Assembly: GCA_938074525.1 (NCBI GenBank)
Contig: CALJEX010000073.1
Coordinates: 1-56,925 of the forward strand
Source of the DNA: an uncultured Gammaproteobacteria bacterium
Lineage (GTDB): Bacteria > Pseudomonadota > Gammaproteobacteria > UBA4575
Length of the DNA: 56,925 nt
Reading direction: 5' to 3'
Shown here: positions 1 to 10,150 of the stretch, in pieces
Numbering within the stretch: the stretch's first letter is position 1
How the letters are laid out: every line of letters starts with the position of its first letter
The notes under the pieces: generated by a model
What the model was told of the DNA's origin: nothing
The model's input: only the letters and a program-made list of their open reading frames with translations
Database searches by the model: none
Position numbers and translations under genes: made by a program

Positions 1-522
1 AGGTGAAAGATTATTAATCAACACTGCCACCACCAACATAATGACAGCACCTGTGGCGATAGGCGTTAGTACAAACATGTATGCCATCTCGTGTATTTGT
101 TCACTGCCTATCACGGCTATGAGTGCAGTTGCTCCTCCAGGCGGATGAAGTGTCCGCGTTAGATTCATCAAGACTAAAGACAATGTCACTGCAATTGCCG
201 CAGCTAGCGATGGTTTTGCACTGAATAATAGTGCACAACTGACTCCAACTATCGCTGAAAAAATATGACCACCAATAATATTTCGTGGCTGCGAGAAAGG
301 ACTGTTAGGTATGCCGTACACGAGTACAGCTGTGGCGCCAAAGGAACCAACAAGAAATAATGAATCGACAAGCTTTAGCGCTTGATAATGACCAATATAA
401 TATATTGAATAAATACCTATAAATGCGCCCAATGCTGACCAAAATATTTCATGCATAGGTGCACGTAGGGGAGCCTGCTTGCCTCCACGCATTTTTTCTA
501 GGTATGCCATGAATAAATTCAT
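1..522 (-). CDS. HPP family integral membrane protein (3' end runs off the window)
   Basis: Manual translation from ATG at 522: MNLFMAYLEKMRGG...SFGATAVLVYGIPNSPFSQPRNIIGGH...TRTLHPPGGATAL, the HPP family signature motifs. Not in the ORF track because the stop lies outside the window. Confidence 0.9.
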   Translation of the reverse strand, partial: MNLFMAYLEKMRGGKQAPLRAPMHEIFWSALGAFIGIYSIYYIGHYQALKLVDSLFLVGSFGATAVLVYGIPNSPFSQPRNIIGGHIFSAIVGVSCALLFSAKPSLAAAIAVTLSLVLMNLTRTLHPPGGATALIAVIGSEQIHEMAYMFVLTPIATGAVIMLVVAVLINNLSP

Positions 523-733
523 GAGCTAAGTATACCCGCTATATTTACCGCTTAGATTCAAAAAGGCGTTCTTTCGCTTATTAGCAGCAGGACTTCTTTT
601 CCAGATTCAAGCCATTTTATCTAATATTGAGACGCCGACCGCTCATCTCCAGATTGCCAATCTCAGCAAGAGTATTAGAAATTATTAATATTTGATTTTA
701 TCAATATGCTAATAAAGGATATGTCGGTAAAAC

Positions 734-747
734 TTGTTGTATATCAA
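734..747. promoter_or_regulatory. possible FNR/CRP-family site upstream of aprM
   Basis: TTGTT-GTAT-ATCAA, one mismatch to TTGAT-N4-ATCAA. A second TTGAT-N3-ATCAA lies at 692-704. The context is AT-rich, so a chance match is possible. Confidence 0.3.
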
Positions 748-910
748 TGTAGATAGGCAATTATACTTCTATATATAGAAAGCCAAAACATAGCCGCCCT
801 CATAAGTTTACTTAAATCAGGCATAACTTAATTTTTGTTGTATTGTTCCTGATTCAGCATCACACTCACCCTCACAAAAAAATAACATTATTGTCAGGAG
901 GCGCAAAATA

Positions 911-1759
911 ATGTTCCAAACCAACCCTTTTGCTGAATTATCAGCATATATTTCCCCAGAAATCATGCAAGGTTACGTAGTACTTATGTTTATATTCGTA
1001 ATCGTTGGCACGGTTCTCGATATGATGCACAAAAAAAGCGCAGAGTATTTTTTCGAAAACGCAGAAAAAGCAAAACAAAATGCTATACGCACTATCAGCG
1101 GAGGCGAAAAAGTATCACTAGCCGTCGCCACTGTCGCCAATGAAGTCTTAACTTCTGGTGAATTTCAAAGCACACGCCGTCGACTATCGCATTTGCTAAC
1201 CATGTATGGATTCATTATTTTCGTCGCAACAACTGCATGGTTAATATTTGGCTACACATCACAGGCGACTGCTCCTACAGCACTCACTTCTATGTGGCAT
1301 ATTGGCGCTATTATGCTCTGTTTAGGTGGCTACTGGTTTTGGTTCTTCATCCGCGTAGACGTCGCTTCAGAAGGTGTTAAGTGGTACAACTTTAATGGCC
1401 GCGGAGACATTTTCATCGTTTCACTCTTAACTACAGGTACTTTTGCCTTGTTATGGTCTGGCACTCTCGCCAGCGGCGGATTACTAAATATGCTCTTCTT
1501 TGTACTGTTCATTGTGTCCAGTACGACCTTGTTCAGCACAGTTTTCTGGTCTAAATTTGCTCACATGTTTTTTAAGCCTGCAGCTGCATACCAGAAACGT
1601 ACTACTAAGGCGGATGGATCATTCGAGAATCTTCCGGAAGTCGGAGATTTATCTGATCCTGCAGTTCAGTCAAGATATCCGGATATCCCAGAATATATGG
1701 GCACAAATCCACCTTACATGGGGCAAGGTATCAAGCGCGAAGCCCCTAGCCATTACTAA
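911..1759 (+). CDS. aprM: adenylylsulfate reductase membrane anchor AprM
   Basis: Multi-TM protein (RRRLSHLLTMYGF, WSKFAHMFFKPAAAYQKR) directly upstream of aprB/aprA; RBS CAGGAGG. Confidence 0.9.
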   Translation: MFQTNPFAELSAYISPEIMQGYVVLMFIFVIVGTVLDMMHKKSAEYFFENAEKAKQNAIRTISGGEKVSLAVATVANEVLTSGEFQSTRRRLSHLLTMYGFIIFVATTAWLIFGYTSQATAPTALTSMWHIGAIMLCLGGYWFWFFIRVDVASEGVKWYNFNGRGDIFIVSLLTTGTFALLWSGTLASGGLLNMLFFVLFIVSSTTLFSTVFWSKFAHMFFKPAAAYQKRTTKADGSFENLPEVGDLSDPAVQSRYPDIPEYMGTNPPYMGQGIKREAPSHY

Positions 1760-1780
1760 ATTTTATAAGAGAGAATTATT

Positions 1781-2263
1781 ATGCCTACTTTTGTATATAT
1801 GACTCGTTGCGATGGTTGTGGACATTGCGTTGATATCTGTCCTTCAGACATCATGCATATCGACACTACTACCCGACGTGCTTACAACATCGAGCCAAAC
1901 ATGTGCTGGGAGTGTTACTCCTGCGTTAAGGCTTGCCCACATAATGCTATCGACGTTCGTGGTTATGCTGACTTCGCTCCATTAGGTCACTCAGTACGAG
2001 TAATTCGTGATGAAGAGAAAGGTGTTATTGCCTGGCGCATTAAATTCCGCAACGGCAAAAAAGACATGAACCTGCTAGCGCCGATCACTACTAAACCTTG
2101 GGGCACAGCAATTCCTCAATTGGCTGACGAATCTGCTCCTAGCAAAGATATGGTTGATAGCCAGTTACTTTATAACGAGCCAAAATACGTTCGTATGGAC
2201 GATGGTGGACTACACACGCTTGAGTCTAACGGTTTGAAGTTGAAAGAAGGAGTTTACTACTAA
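1781..2263 (+). CDS. aprB: adenylylsulfate reductase beta subunit (2x[4Fe-4S])
   Basis: MPTFVYMTRCDGCGHCVDICPSDIM and CWECYSCVKACP ferredoxin motifs typical of AprB. Confidence 0.97.
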   Translation: MPTFVYMTRCDGCGHCVDICPSDIMHIDTTTRRAYNIEPNMCWECYSCVKACPHNAIDVRGYADFAPLGHSVRVIRDEEKGVIAWRIKFRNGKKDMNLLAPITTKPWGTAIPQLADESAPSKDMVDSQLLYNEPKYVRMDDGGLHTLESNGLKLKEGVYY

Positions 2264-4143
2264 TGGGTTATAAAACTGTAATTGAAGATGACATTGATGT
2301 TCTGATTACCGGTGCTGGCATGGCTGGTACGGGTGCTGCTTTTGAGTCTAGATATTGGGGCAAGGACAAGAAAATTGTTATTGCTGAAAAAGCAAACATG
2401 GACCGCTCGGGTGCAGTTGCACAGGGTCTATACGCGATCAATACATACATGGGAACACGCTTCGGTGAAAACAATCCTGAAGATCACGTACGTTATGCGC
2501 GTATGGATTTGATGGGTATGGTTCGTGAAGATTTGCTATTTGATATGGCTCGCCATGTTGATTCAGCGGTTCACCAGTTTGAAGAATGGGGTTTGCCATT
2601 AATGCGTGACCCTAAGACCGGTGCATATCAGCGCGAAGGTCGTTGGCAGATCATGATTCATGGTGAGTCATACAAGCCTATCGTAGCTGAAGCAGCAAAA
2701 AAATCAGCAGACAAAGTATTCAATCGTATCTGCGTTACCCATCTATTAATGGATGATGCAAAAGAAAATCGTGTTGCGGGTGCTGTTGGTTTCAACGTGC
2801 GTACTGGCGACTACCATGTATTCAAATCTAAGACTGTTATCTGTGCCGCTGGCGGCGCGTCAAACATCTTTAAGCCGCGCTCTGTGGGTGAAGGTGCAGG
2901 TCGTGTCTGGTATGCACCTTGGTCATCAGGTTCAGCGTATGGTTTGTTAATTGAAGCTGGCGCGAAAATGACACAGATGGAAAATCGTATTGTGTTAGCA
3001 CGTTTCAAAGACGGCTACGGTCCAGTAGGTGCTTACTTCCTCCACCTCAAAACCTATACACAGAATGGTGTCGGCGAAGAGTATGAATCAAAGTGGTTCC
3101 CTGAATTGTCGAAAATGGTCGGTAAAGAATACCTAGATACAGAAGGTCAGCATTTATCTCATAAGCCAATTCCAACTTGTTTGCGTAACCATGCATTCAT
3201 CAACGAAGTAAACGCAGGCCGCGGACCAATTCACATGGTTACCATGGAAGCGTTCCAAGATCCTCATCTTGAAGAAATTGGCTGGCATAACTTCTTAGGT
3301 ATGACAGTTGGTCAGGCCGTCCTTTGGGCAGCAACTGACGTCGATCCTAAGTACGAGAATCCTGAACTAACTACTTCAGAGCCATATGTCATGGGTTCAC
3401 ATGCGACAGGCTGTGGTGCATGGGTATCAGGTCCTGAAGACTTATCACCAGAAGAATACTTCTGGGGTTACAACCGCATGACGACTGTTGAAGGTCTATT
3501 CGGCGCAGGTGATGCTGCTGGTGGAACACCACACGCATTTTCTTCCGGCTCTTTCACAGAAGGTCGCTTGGCTGCTAAGGCTGCTTGCAAATACATCGAC
3601 GATGGTAAAGCGGAAGGCATCAAAGTATCTCAAGAGCAGATTGATAGACGCGGCAAACAAATCTTCAAGCCGATGGAACACTACAAAATCTATCGCAATG
3701 AGATCACTGCTGGTTCAGTTAACCCTAACTACATCAACCCACGTCAGGGTCTTGATCGCTTGCAAAAGCTAATGGACGAGTACGCTGGCGGTGTAACAGT
3801 TAGCTACATGACCAACGACAAATTGCTTAACATCGGTCTTAAGAAAATGAAGATGCTTGAGGAAGATCTAGAGAAGATTGCTGCAGAAGATATCCATGAG
3901 CTACTTCGCGCATGGGAATTGAAGCATCGTCAACTTTCTTCTGAAGCTGTGTTACAGCACACTTTATTCCGCAAGGAAACTCGTTGGCCTGGTTACTACT
4001 ACCGTGGTGACGCGATGAAACTGGATGACCAAAACTGGCATGTCTTAACTGTTTCACGTCGTGATCCAAAAACTGGTGAGTACACCATGGAAAAAGCCCC
4101 TTGCTATCACTTAATAAGTGATGAAGAGGAAAAGGTTGCGTAA
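2263..4143 (+). CDS. aprA: adenylylsulfate reductase alpha subunit (flavoprotein)
   Basis: FAD-binding GAGMAG, RSGAVAQGLYAINTY, WQIMIHGESYKP, ETRWPGYYYR; translationally coupled to aprB (TAATG). Confidence 0.97.
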   Translation: MGYKTVIEDDIDVLITGAGMAGTGAAFESRYWGKDKKIVIAEKANMDRSGAVAQGLYAINTYMGTRFGENNPEDHVRYARMDLMGMVREDLLFDMARHVDSAVHQFEEWGLPLMRDPKTGAYQREGRWQIMIHGESYKPIVAEAAKKSADKVFNRICVTHLLMDDAKENRVAGAVGFNVRTGDYHVFKSKTVICAAGGASNIFKPRSVGEGAGRVWYAPWSSGSAYGLLIEAGAKMTQMENRIVLARFKDGYGPVGAYFLHLKTYTQNGVGEEYESKWFPELSKMVGKEYLDTEGQHLSHKPIPTCLRNHAFINEVNAGRGPIHMVTMEAFQDPHLEEIGWHNFLGMTVGQAVLWAATDVDPKYENPELTTSEPYVMGSHATGCGAWVSGPEDLSPEEYFWGYNRMTTVEGLFGAGDAAGGTPHAFSSGSFTEGRLAAKAACKYIDDGKAEGIKVSQEQIDRRGKQIFKPMEHYKIYRNEITAGSVNPNYINPRQGLDRLQKLMDEYAGGVTVSYMTNDKLLNIGLKKMKMLEEDLEKIAAEDIHELLRAWELKHRQLSSEAVLQHTLFRKETRWPGYYYRGDAMKLDDQNWHVLTVSRRDPKTGEYTMEKAPCYHLISDEEEKVA

Positions 4144-4204
4144 GTAATCTTGACGACAAGAGGTACTCGATATTCGATGCCTCTTGTACTTCACAGCTTT
4201 AACT

Positions 4205-4240
4205 AAAAAGACCAACAGCAAAACTGTTGGTCTTTTTTTT
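4205..4240 (+). terminator. intrinsic terminator of apr operon
   Basis: AAAAAGACCAACAG-CAAAA-CTGTTGGTCTTTTTTTT hairpin plus T tract. Confidence 0.85.
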
Positions 4241-4268
4241 ATTTAAAGATCGTTTAAAATTAAAGATA

Positions 4269-4328
4269 AAAAGGGGTCAGTACCCTTTAAAAAATTATTA
4301 AAGAATTTAAAGGGTACTGACCCCTTTT
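4269..4328. repeat. perfect 23-bp inverted repeat made of two TGACCCC-family sites
   Basis: AAAAGGGGTCAGTACCCTTTAAA (4269-4291) / TTTAAAGGGTACTGACCCCTTTT (4306-4328), 14-nt spacer. Confidence 0.85.
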
Positions 4329-4350
4329 ATCCTTTATCAATAGAGCTGAT

Positions 4351-4701
4351 ATGAACATAATCGATAAAACCGACGAAGAAATCCTAGCCATAGCCAACCC
4401 AATGTGGGACGACCTTATCAAGTATTCTAACGAAGGTGAGTATGGCAAATTTATCCGTAACTTTTCCTATGACTTACTGATCGGTTTGAATGAAGTCGAA
4501 GTAGGAAAACAATTCGCAAAAAGTGAACTCACCAGAAACCTTCAAACTGATTACGATTTCCTTGGCATTATTCGTCGCGGAGAACACATTACAATTTTAT
4601 ATCGCGTAAGAAGCACCAAAAAAGAAGGTGAATGGCTTGGACGTTTCGTCCTTGGCTACGAACGTGAAGAAATTAAAATTTTTGCTGCAGCTATTTTTTG
4701 A
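4351..4701 (+). CDS. hypothetical protein (possibly NTF2-like fold)
   Basis: 116-aa ORF with ATG start and typical composition. Confidence 0.7.
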   Translation: MNIIDKTDEEILAIANPMWDDLIKYSNEGEYGKFIRNFSYDLLIGLNEVEVGKQFAKSELTRNLQTDYDFLGIIRRGEHITILYRVRSTKKEGEWLGRFVLGYEREEIKIFAAAIF

Positions 4702-4746
4702 TTTAACCCACAAGTGATAGCGTAAATTACGGCCAGGAATACGACC

Positions 4747-5286
4747 ATGAATGAAACAACTAAAGATATTGTCGAAAATGGAAAACTTGTTGAATTGACA
4801 TACAAAATCATCGATTCAAAATCTAATGAGATACTGACGTCGGTCGAATATCCTATTGGCTATATTCATGGTATTACTGAAGCATTTGCACCACAGGTAA
4901 CGTCAGCACTGGAAGGCAAAGTTGCTGGTGACGTCATTGACGCACCCATAGACTGCAATACCTTATACGGCCCTCGCGATGAGTCGCTAGTGTTTACTGA
5001 TCATATTGATAACGTCCCCGAAGAATACCGTGAAGTGGGTATGTCGATTTTAATGGAAAATGATCAAGGTCAAACAAAGAGTTTCCTAGTGACCAGAGTT
5101 GATGAAAAATCGGTGACCATTGATGGTAATAATCCACTTTGTGAAAGAGAAGTTATTTTCAAACTTGAAATTCTCACTGTACGCGATGCAACACCGGAAG
5201 AAATTGAAGTGGGCGGCCCAGTTAATGCTGAACCAGATATCAGTGAGATCGTTGGCAAAGGCCAGCGCGTAGAACCTATTAATTAA
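4747..5286 (+). CDS. FKBP-type peptidyl-prolyl isomerase, SlyD-like (no His-rich tail)
   Basis: VELTY, YIHG, LEGKVAGD, YGPRDESLV, VTIDGNNPL...FKLEILTVRDAT match the SlyD/FkpB pattern. Confidence 0.85.
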   Translation: MNETTKDIVENGKLVELTYKIIDSKSNEILTSVEYPIGYIHGITEAFAPQVTSALEGKVAGDVIDAPIDCNTLYGPRDESLVFTDHIDNVPEEYREVGMSILMENDQGQTKSFLVTRVDEKSVTIDGNNPLCEREVIFKLEILTVRDATPEEIEVGGPVNAEPDISEIVGKGQRVEPIN

Positions 5287-5316
5287 TTTATCCCCCCCCT
5301 AACACGGAGTGTTAAT

Positions 5317-6426
5317 TTGCCTCATAACTTATATGCTGAAACGCTTTTAACCCCGGGGCTGGACGTACCAATCGTATGGCGTTTCCAAAACAAGGCATCG
5401 CATATTATCAAGCTACTTGATAGCGACTCACCGGTATGTAAAGCACTCACTCAAGCGATTGATCGTTATGGTGAAACTTTCTTTGAGATAGCCCCGAATA
5501 AAGAAACACTCATTGAGTGGGCTAATTCACAAAAAACTTTAGCCGACACCGCCGATGTTAGAGAATTAAGACTGGGTGGTGCGCATGTGTTTCAGCAAGC
5601 CATCGAGTTATTCCAGGGTTTGCAAATGATGGTGGATAAAGAAGAAGATCCTGCAAAGTGGTCTGCTATTCATCACAACATTGGCGATATAATGGGCTTT
5701 ATCGGACAACGTAGTGGTAGCTCACATTTTCTTGAGCAAGCCGCGATGTCTTATGAGCTAGCACTGGAAGTCCGTACCCTTGAAGAGATGCCATATGAAT
5801 GGGCTAGCACTCAATACAGTCTAGGCGTTGTGATGCAAACACTTGGGCAGCTTGAAGATGACACTGGGTTTTTAAAACAAGCCGCAGATATCTTTAAACA
5901 AGCATCAACTGGCTTAAAGAGAGATGAACATCCAGATGATTGGGCAACTGCATTGTGCAGTGTCGGCAATGTGCTTTGCTTATTGGGAACTCATCGCAAA
6001 GGGGCACGAACACTAGAACAAGCAGTAGTCGTGATGCGTAACGCGATGGCTGAACGTACCCCGGATAAATCAGCCTATGGTTGGGCCATCACGCAAAACA
6101 ACCTTGCTGCTACTCTACAAGCATTAGGCAAGCACGAAGAAGACATCCAATCTCTTGAAGAATCCATTCCTATATATGATGCAACTCTAAAGGCATTAGC
6201 AAAAGATGATGTGCCAATGATGTGGGCAATGGTCACAGCCAATCGCGCTTCGGCCATGCACGCGCTGGCAACAGAATCAGATCATGTCGAGATGGCGCTA
6301 AAAGCAGTTTCCGAATTTGATGCCATCGCTGAATTATTTGCCGGGACTGAATTAACTAATTATCAACAACTGGCTGAACAACGAAGAGACGAATCTAAAA
6401 AATTAGTTAAGTTACTACAAATTTAA
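5317..6426 (+). CDS. tetratricopeptide-repeat protein
   Basis: Repeated W-A-x-T-Q-x-x-L-G/A helical repeats (WASTQYSLG, WAITQNNLA); TTG start with GGAG RBS. Confidence 0.8.
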   Translation: MPHNLYAETLLTPGLDVPIVWRFQNKASHIIKLLDSDSPVCKALTQAIDRYGETFFEIAPNKETLIEWANSQKTLADTADVRELRLGGAHVFQQAIELFQGLQMMVDKEEDPAKWSAIHHNIGDIMGFIGQRSGSSHFLEQAAMSYELALEVRTLEEMPYEWASTQYSLGVVMQTLGQLEDDTGFLKQAADIFKQASTGLKRDEHPDDWATALCSVGNVLCLLGTHRKGARTLEQAVVVMRNAMAERTPDKSAYGWAITQNNLAATLQALGKHEEDIQSLEESIPIYDATLKALAKDDVPMMWAMVTANRASAMHALATESDHVEMALKAVSEFDAIAELFAGTELTNYQQLAEQRRDESKKLVKLLQI

Positions 6427-6542
6427 GGTGCTTATATATTCGTGTACAGGATAGAAAAACCTAAAATTGATTTGCGCAGTGTGATAGCGCATAGAATGTT
6501 CTATGATTTCAAACCAAGCGAATAACTTTTAAGTACATCCCA

Positions 6543-7454
6543 TTGATCAAGGCCTACTCACAACGTTTAATGCCCCCCTATTCAGGGCAGATGCAAATCG
6601 TAGAATCTGACAGAGCTCGTGCGCTGACTCTGGATAGTGATACCTGGGAAATTCAATTTCTACATTCGCGAAATAATTCATTAGATTCAAGTGATGATAA
6701 ACAAGATGTTAAACGCTATTTCCGAGTCGCGATGATTAAAGATAGCGATATTCGTCAAAAGGCATTAACTTCTTTGCAGGACCAAAACAAAAGCAATGAG
6801 AATGATGAAGATATCGACGAACGCATTATGGAATTATTACACTACCTCGCTGATGCCCAGTTACCATTTCCGGCAAAAGATATCTTTGAATATTGGTTGC
6901 TTGATAGCAAGGATCAATCGCCGCTAGCGCTAATCTATTCCTGTACTGAGGAAGATCAAAAGAAAACCTTTCCAGAACGCGCAGAATGGACTGCGTTGCC
7001 CGCAGCAGTGATGCCGATAGATAGATCAGAAGAAGAAATATCTGATGAATACGCACCAATTAATTATCAAGTAGAGCGCCTAGTTGCTGAACGTGCAGGC
7101 TTTTACGCCAAGGCGCAGTGGTTCACCCGACAAGATACACAAGATGATTCTTTCCCACCGCTATTGCTAAGGCAAGACTGGGAAGAAAATAACAGCGCTA
7201 AATTATGTCAACGCTATCTACAACGACAGTCTCCACGCCTATTAATGCTACATGGGCTGAATCAACAACATCGAGCTGAACTGGAAATCAATGCACGCAA
7301 ACATGCACTTGAAGTTGAACGATTTTATAAACTGTACCCAGAAATCGTCGATCAAGCACTGATGGATTCGATACGCGTCGAAGCTCGGTTGCGCGGCGTG
7401 ACTGAAGGTCAGCCAGCAATACATAAACGTAGAGATGGCATTCTGTATCTCTAA
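6543..7454 (+). CDS. hypothetical protein
   Basis: 303-aa ORF with TTG start and globular composition; no family recognised. Confidence 0.75.
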   Translation: MIKAYSQRLMPPYSGQMQIVESDRARALTLDSDTWEIQFLHSRNNSLDSSDDKQDVKRYFRVAMIKDSDIRQKALTSLQDQNKSNENDEDIDERIMELLHYLADAQLPFPAKDIFEYWLLDSKDQSPLALIYSCTEEDQKKTFPERAEWTALPAAVMPIDRSEEEISDEYAPINYQVERLVAERAGFYAKAQWFTRQDTQDDSFPPLLLRQDWEENNSAKLCQRYLQRQSPRLLMLHGLNQQHRAELEINARKHALEVERFYKLYPEIVDQALMDSIRVEARLRGVTEGQPAIHKRRDGILYL

Positions 7455-7538
7455 ATTATCTATCAAAAACGCTTAAGCTAATACCACGATAACAAGAACG
7501 CTGTATTATCAGCAGTTAGAAACGAGAGGATATTCGTC

Positions 7539-7865
7539 ATGCCACAATACATTTTCATATACCTTGGAGGTGATTACCCCACTAACCCTGAAGAAGGTAA
7601 GAAACACTTCGAGGAATACCAAGGCTGGTTAACCGCTTTAGGCGATGCTGTAGTGAGTCCCGCTATACCTTTTAAAGACACCCATACAGTTCACCCAGAT
7701 GGAAAAACCGAGCCTGGAACCACTACGCTTATGTCGGGTATGAGCATCGTCAGGTTTGAATCCATGCAAGCTGCTCTTGAAGCAGCGAAATCATGTCCGT
7801 TTCGAGAAATTAACGGCACACTGGAAGTCTCTGAAATGATTGACATGTCCAAGACTGAACATTAA
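7539..7865 (+). CDS. YciI-like (dimeric alpha/beta barrel) protein
   Basis: YxFIYxGG N-terminus and SGxSIV...SxxAALEAAKSCP...GTLEVSE C-terminus; GAGGA RBS. Confidence 0.75.
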   Translation: MPQYIFIYLGGDYPTNPEEGKKHFEEYQGWLTALGDAVVSPAIPFKDTHTVHPDGKTEPGTTTLMSGMSIVRFESMQAALEAAKSCPFREINGTLEVSEMIDMSKTEH

Positions 7866-7897
7866 AAGCAGCCCATCAAAAAATAGCACTGACCACT

Positions 7898-8209
7898 ATG
7901 ACGCACAAATTAATTCAAAAGCATTTACTGCATGGCACGCAAGAGTTTGAGCTAATAGACGATGTGATCAAGGTTAAAACCAGCAGTCTATTGAAAGGAA
8001 AAAAACAACTTGATATAGATGTAGCTATACTCAACCCTGAGCCTGTTATTAGTAAAACACATCTACATTTTCATAGTCGCGTAAAGTGCGGACCGCTGAT
8101 TTCTCTATACTTAAACAAACCTAACGTCGAAAAATTTAATGCCTTTGTCGATGCTGTTAAAGTCAAAGCAAAAATGGAATTTGATGTTTTTGCTGGACTG
8201 CAAAAATAG
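7898..8209 (+). CDS. hypothetical protein, paralog of the N-terminal half of the next gene
   Basis: KLIQKHLL..TQEFEL.DD / AILNPEPVISKTHLHF / KPNVEKFNAFV aligns with 8253..8885. Confidence 0.8.
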   Translation: MTHKLIQKHLLHGTQEFELIDDVIKVKTSSLLKGKKQLDIDVAILNPEPVISKTHLHFHSRVKCGPLISLYLNKPNVEKFNAFVDAVKVKAKMEFDVFAGLQK

Positions 8210-8252
8210 TCTATACCATTGGTGCATGTAACTGATCAAATCTATAAATAAT

Positions 8253-8885
8253 ATGAGCCTAAAACTTACTCAAAAGCACTTACTTAAACCCACCCATGAA
8301 TTTGAGCTAGACGATGATCAGATTAATATCCGCATCAAGTCGCGTGTCAAAGAAGAGATGCTTAGCGTCACGCTTGCCGTGCTTAATCCAGAACCTGTTA
8401 TCACTCGAACACACTTGGAATTCGTCAGTCGTGTCAATGGAGAACCATTGGTATCACTGGCTTTATCCAAACCCAATGTGACTGAATTTAATAATTTCGT
8501 TAATAAACTCAAACAAAAGGCCCTAGAAGAATACAACTCCATTTCTGGAATCAATGTAGCCGCCAACCCTATTGCATTAAATAATAATGTTGCCGGGGAG
8601 CCTCCTGAGTTCAGTGAGACTTCGCCTGCTGATATCAGCAAAACCAAAAAAGTCGACGTAGAAAGTATCAAGCATTCTATTAATATGCTGCAAACTTATG
8701 TACACAATGAAGATATCCAACCTTTCATTTCTGCATTAGAGTCTCTCCAACAGGCGCCGCAAGATCACTCAAAATTGGTTGAAGTCGCAACAGTTTTTGA
8801 CAAACTTGAAACTAGCCAAGGTGCTGTTTTAACCTATGCGCCCTACATCATATTAATGTTGTCAGATGATCCGTTTGGAAATTAA
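8253..8885 (+). CDS. hypothetical two-domain protein
   Basis: KLTQKHLLKPTHEFELDDD / AVLNPEPVITRTHLEF / KPNVTEFNNFV plus a helical C-terminal domain. Confidence 0.8.
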   Translation: MSLKLTQKHLLKPTHEFELDDDQINIRIKSRVKEEMLSVTLAVLNPEPVITRTHLEFVSRVNGEPLVSLALSKPNVTEFNNFVNKLKQKALEEYNSISGINVAANPIALNNNVAGEPPEFSETSPADISKTKKVDVESIKHSINMLQTYVHNEDIQPFISALESLQQAPQDHSKLVEVATVFDKLETSQGAVLTYAPYIILMLSDDPFGN

Positions 8886-8895
8886 CAAAGAAGCA

Positions 8896-9921
8896 CTAGA
8901 CTTTAATTTTTAATAACTGCGTTATTCGACTAACTATATTTTTTTGCACCACTTTTTTTACAAAACGTACGCCTAAACGCTCTTTTTGCACTGTCATCCA
9001 GTCCTGCTTGTAACGCTCATTACCTGTCAGAAAATCAATCTCTTTTACTTTATCTTCATCAATCACATGTTGCATTAAATACCCAGTCAGAAGTGACCCC
9101 GGTGAATAGCTTTTCCAGCGCTCATCATAGGCAAGTCTATAAATACTCGCCTTACCTTGAACCACAAACCATATCTGAGCAGCCACAGGTTTTTGTTCAA
9201 TGTATAGAACAGCAAGTCGCACCCAACCGATAGCAGATAATTTTTTAACTAAACTCGGCGTAAAATCAGCAAAAAACTCATTGGCTTTCCAACTTGCCTG
9301 GTAAACCATCTGATAATCCACAAGCGCGCGATCAATATCCATATCCTGATAAAGTCGAATATCGTAAGCGTGTTCTCGCTCGAGTTTACGTTGCTTACGT
9401 TGAATCATATTACGAATATTAGCAGGCCGCTTAGCCATATATTCATCGAATGATTGACCCTTGACTGGATGACTCCAATTATAAAAACGAAAGTATGGAT
9501 AACTTGTAAATCCGCACGATTCCATACATTTCCGCAAACGGGTCATATTGATATCATTATCATCAATAGGTTCAAATCGAATCGCCTGAGGCGCCATCTG
9601 AGATAAACCCTCGACTAGACAGGCAAGAATGGCACCTTGTTGGTCGTTATCGGAAATTAACAATGAATATAGAGTTGTAAAGTGATTACTTAGTGCACTC
9701 AAGCCATCCCAAGGACTTTTCATCATTGGCAGGATTGCCAAAACAGTGTCAGCATCCAGCACACAAAACAGCTGTAGTGACTGATGCTCAGCCAACGCAT
9801 GGGTTGTTAGGCTCTCTAGCCAGATTCGAGAGCAAAATAGCGACTCTTGCTCGCCCTGAGCAAACAGTGTATTCGCACTTTCAGGCAGTTGACTCCATTG
9901 GCTATAAACGACGAATTTCAT
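8896..9921 (-). CDS. GNAT family N-acetyltransferase (CelD/BcsL type)
   Basis: SFDEYMAKR, PVAAQIWF, YRLAYDE..KSYSPGSLL, IDFLTGNERYKQDW motifs. Confidence 0.85.
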   Translation of the reverse strand: MKFVVYSQWSQLPESANTLFAQGEQESLFCSRIWLESLTTHALAEHQSLQLFCVLDADTVLAILPMMKSPWDGLSALSNHFTTLYSLLISDNDQQGAILACLVEGLSQMAPQAIRFEPIDDNDINMTRLRKCMESCGFTSYPYFRFYNWSHPVKGQSFDEYMAKRPANIRNMIQRKQRKLEREHAYDIRLYQDMDIDRALVDYQMVYQASWKANEFFADFTPSLVKKLSAIGWVRLAVLYIEQKPVAAQIWFVVQGKASIYRLAYDERWKSYSPGSLLTGYLMQHVIDEDKVKEIDFLTGNERYKQDWMTVQKERLGVRFVKKVVQKNIVSRITQLLKIKV

Positions 9922-10150
9922 CAGCGGATTGAGGCTATTTTTCCAATAATAGGTATTTATCGATAACGCTACAGATAGAGGTTAAATATTAAGCAACTTA
10001 CTAGCCTCCATATTGCTAGATTACCTCTAATGATTGCTCGCTATAGATATATTTTTACTATGTATAAAGAGAAAATTGCCATCCCTTGGGGCAATTTTGT
10101 TACACTTCCCGGCTCGAACAATTTCTATTTTTTAAATCGAAGGGTGATTT

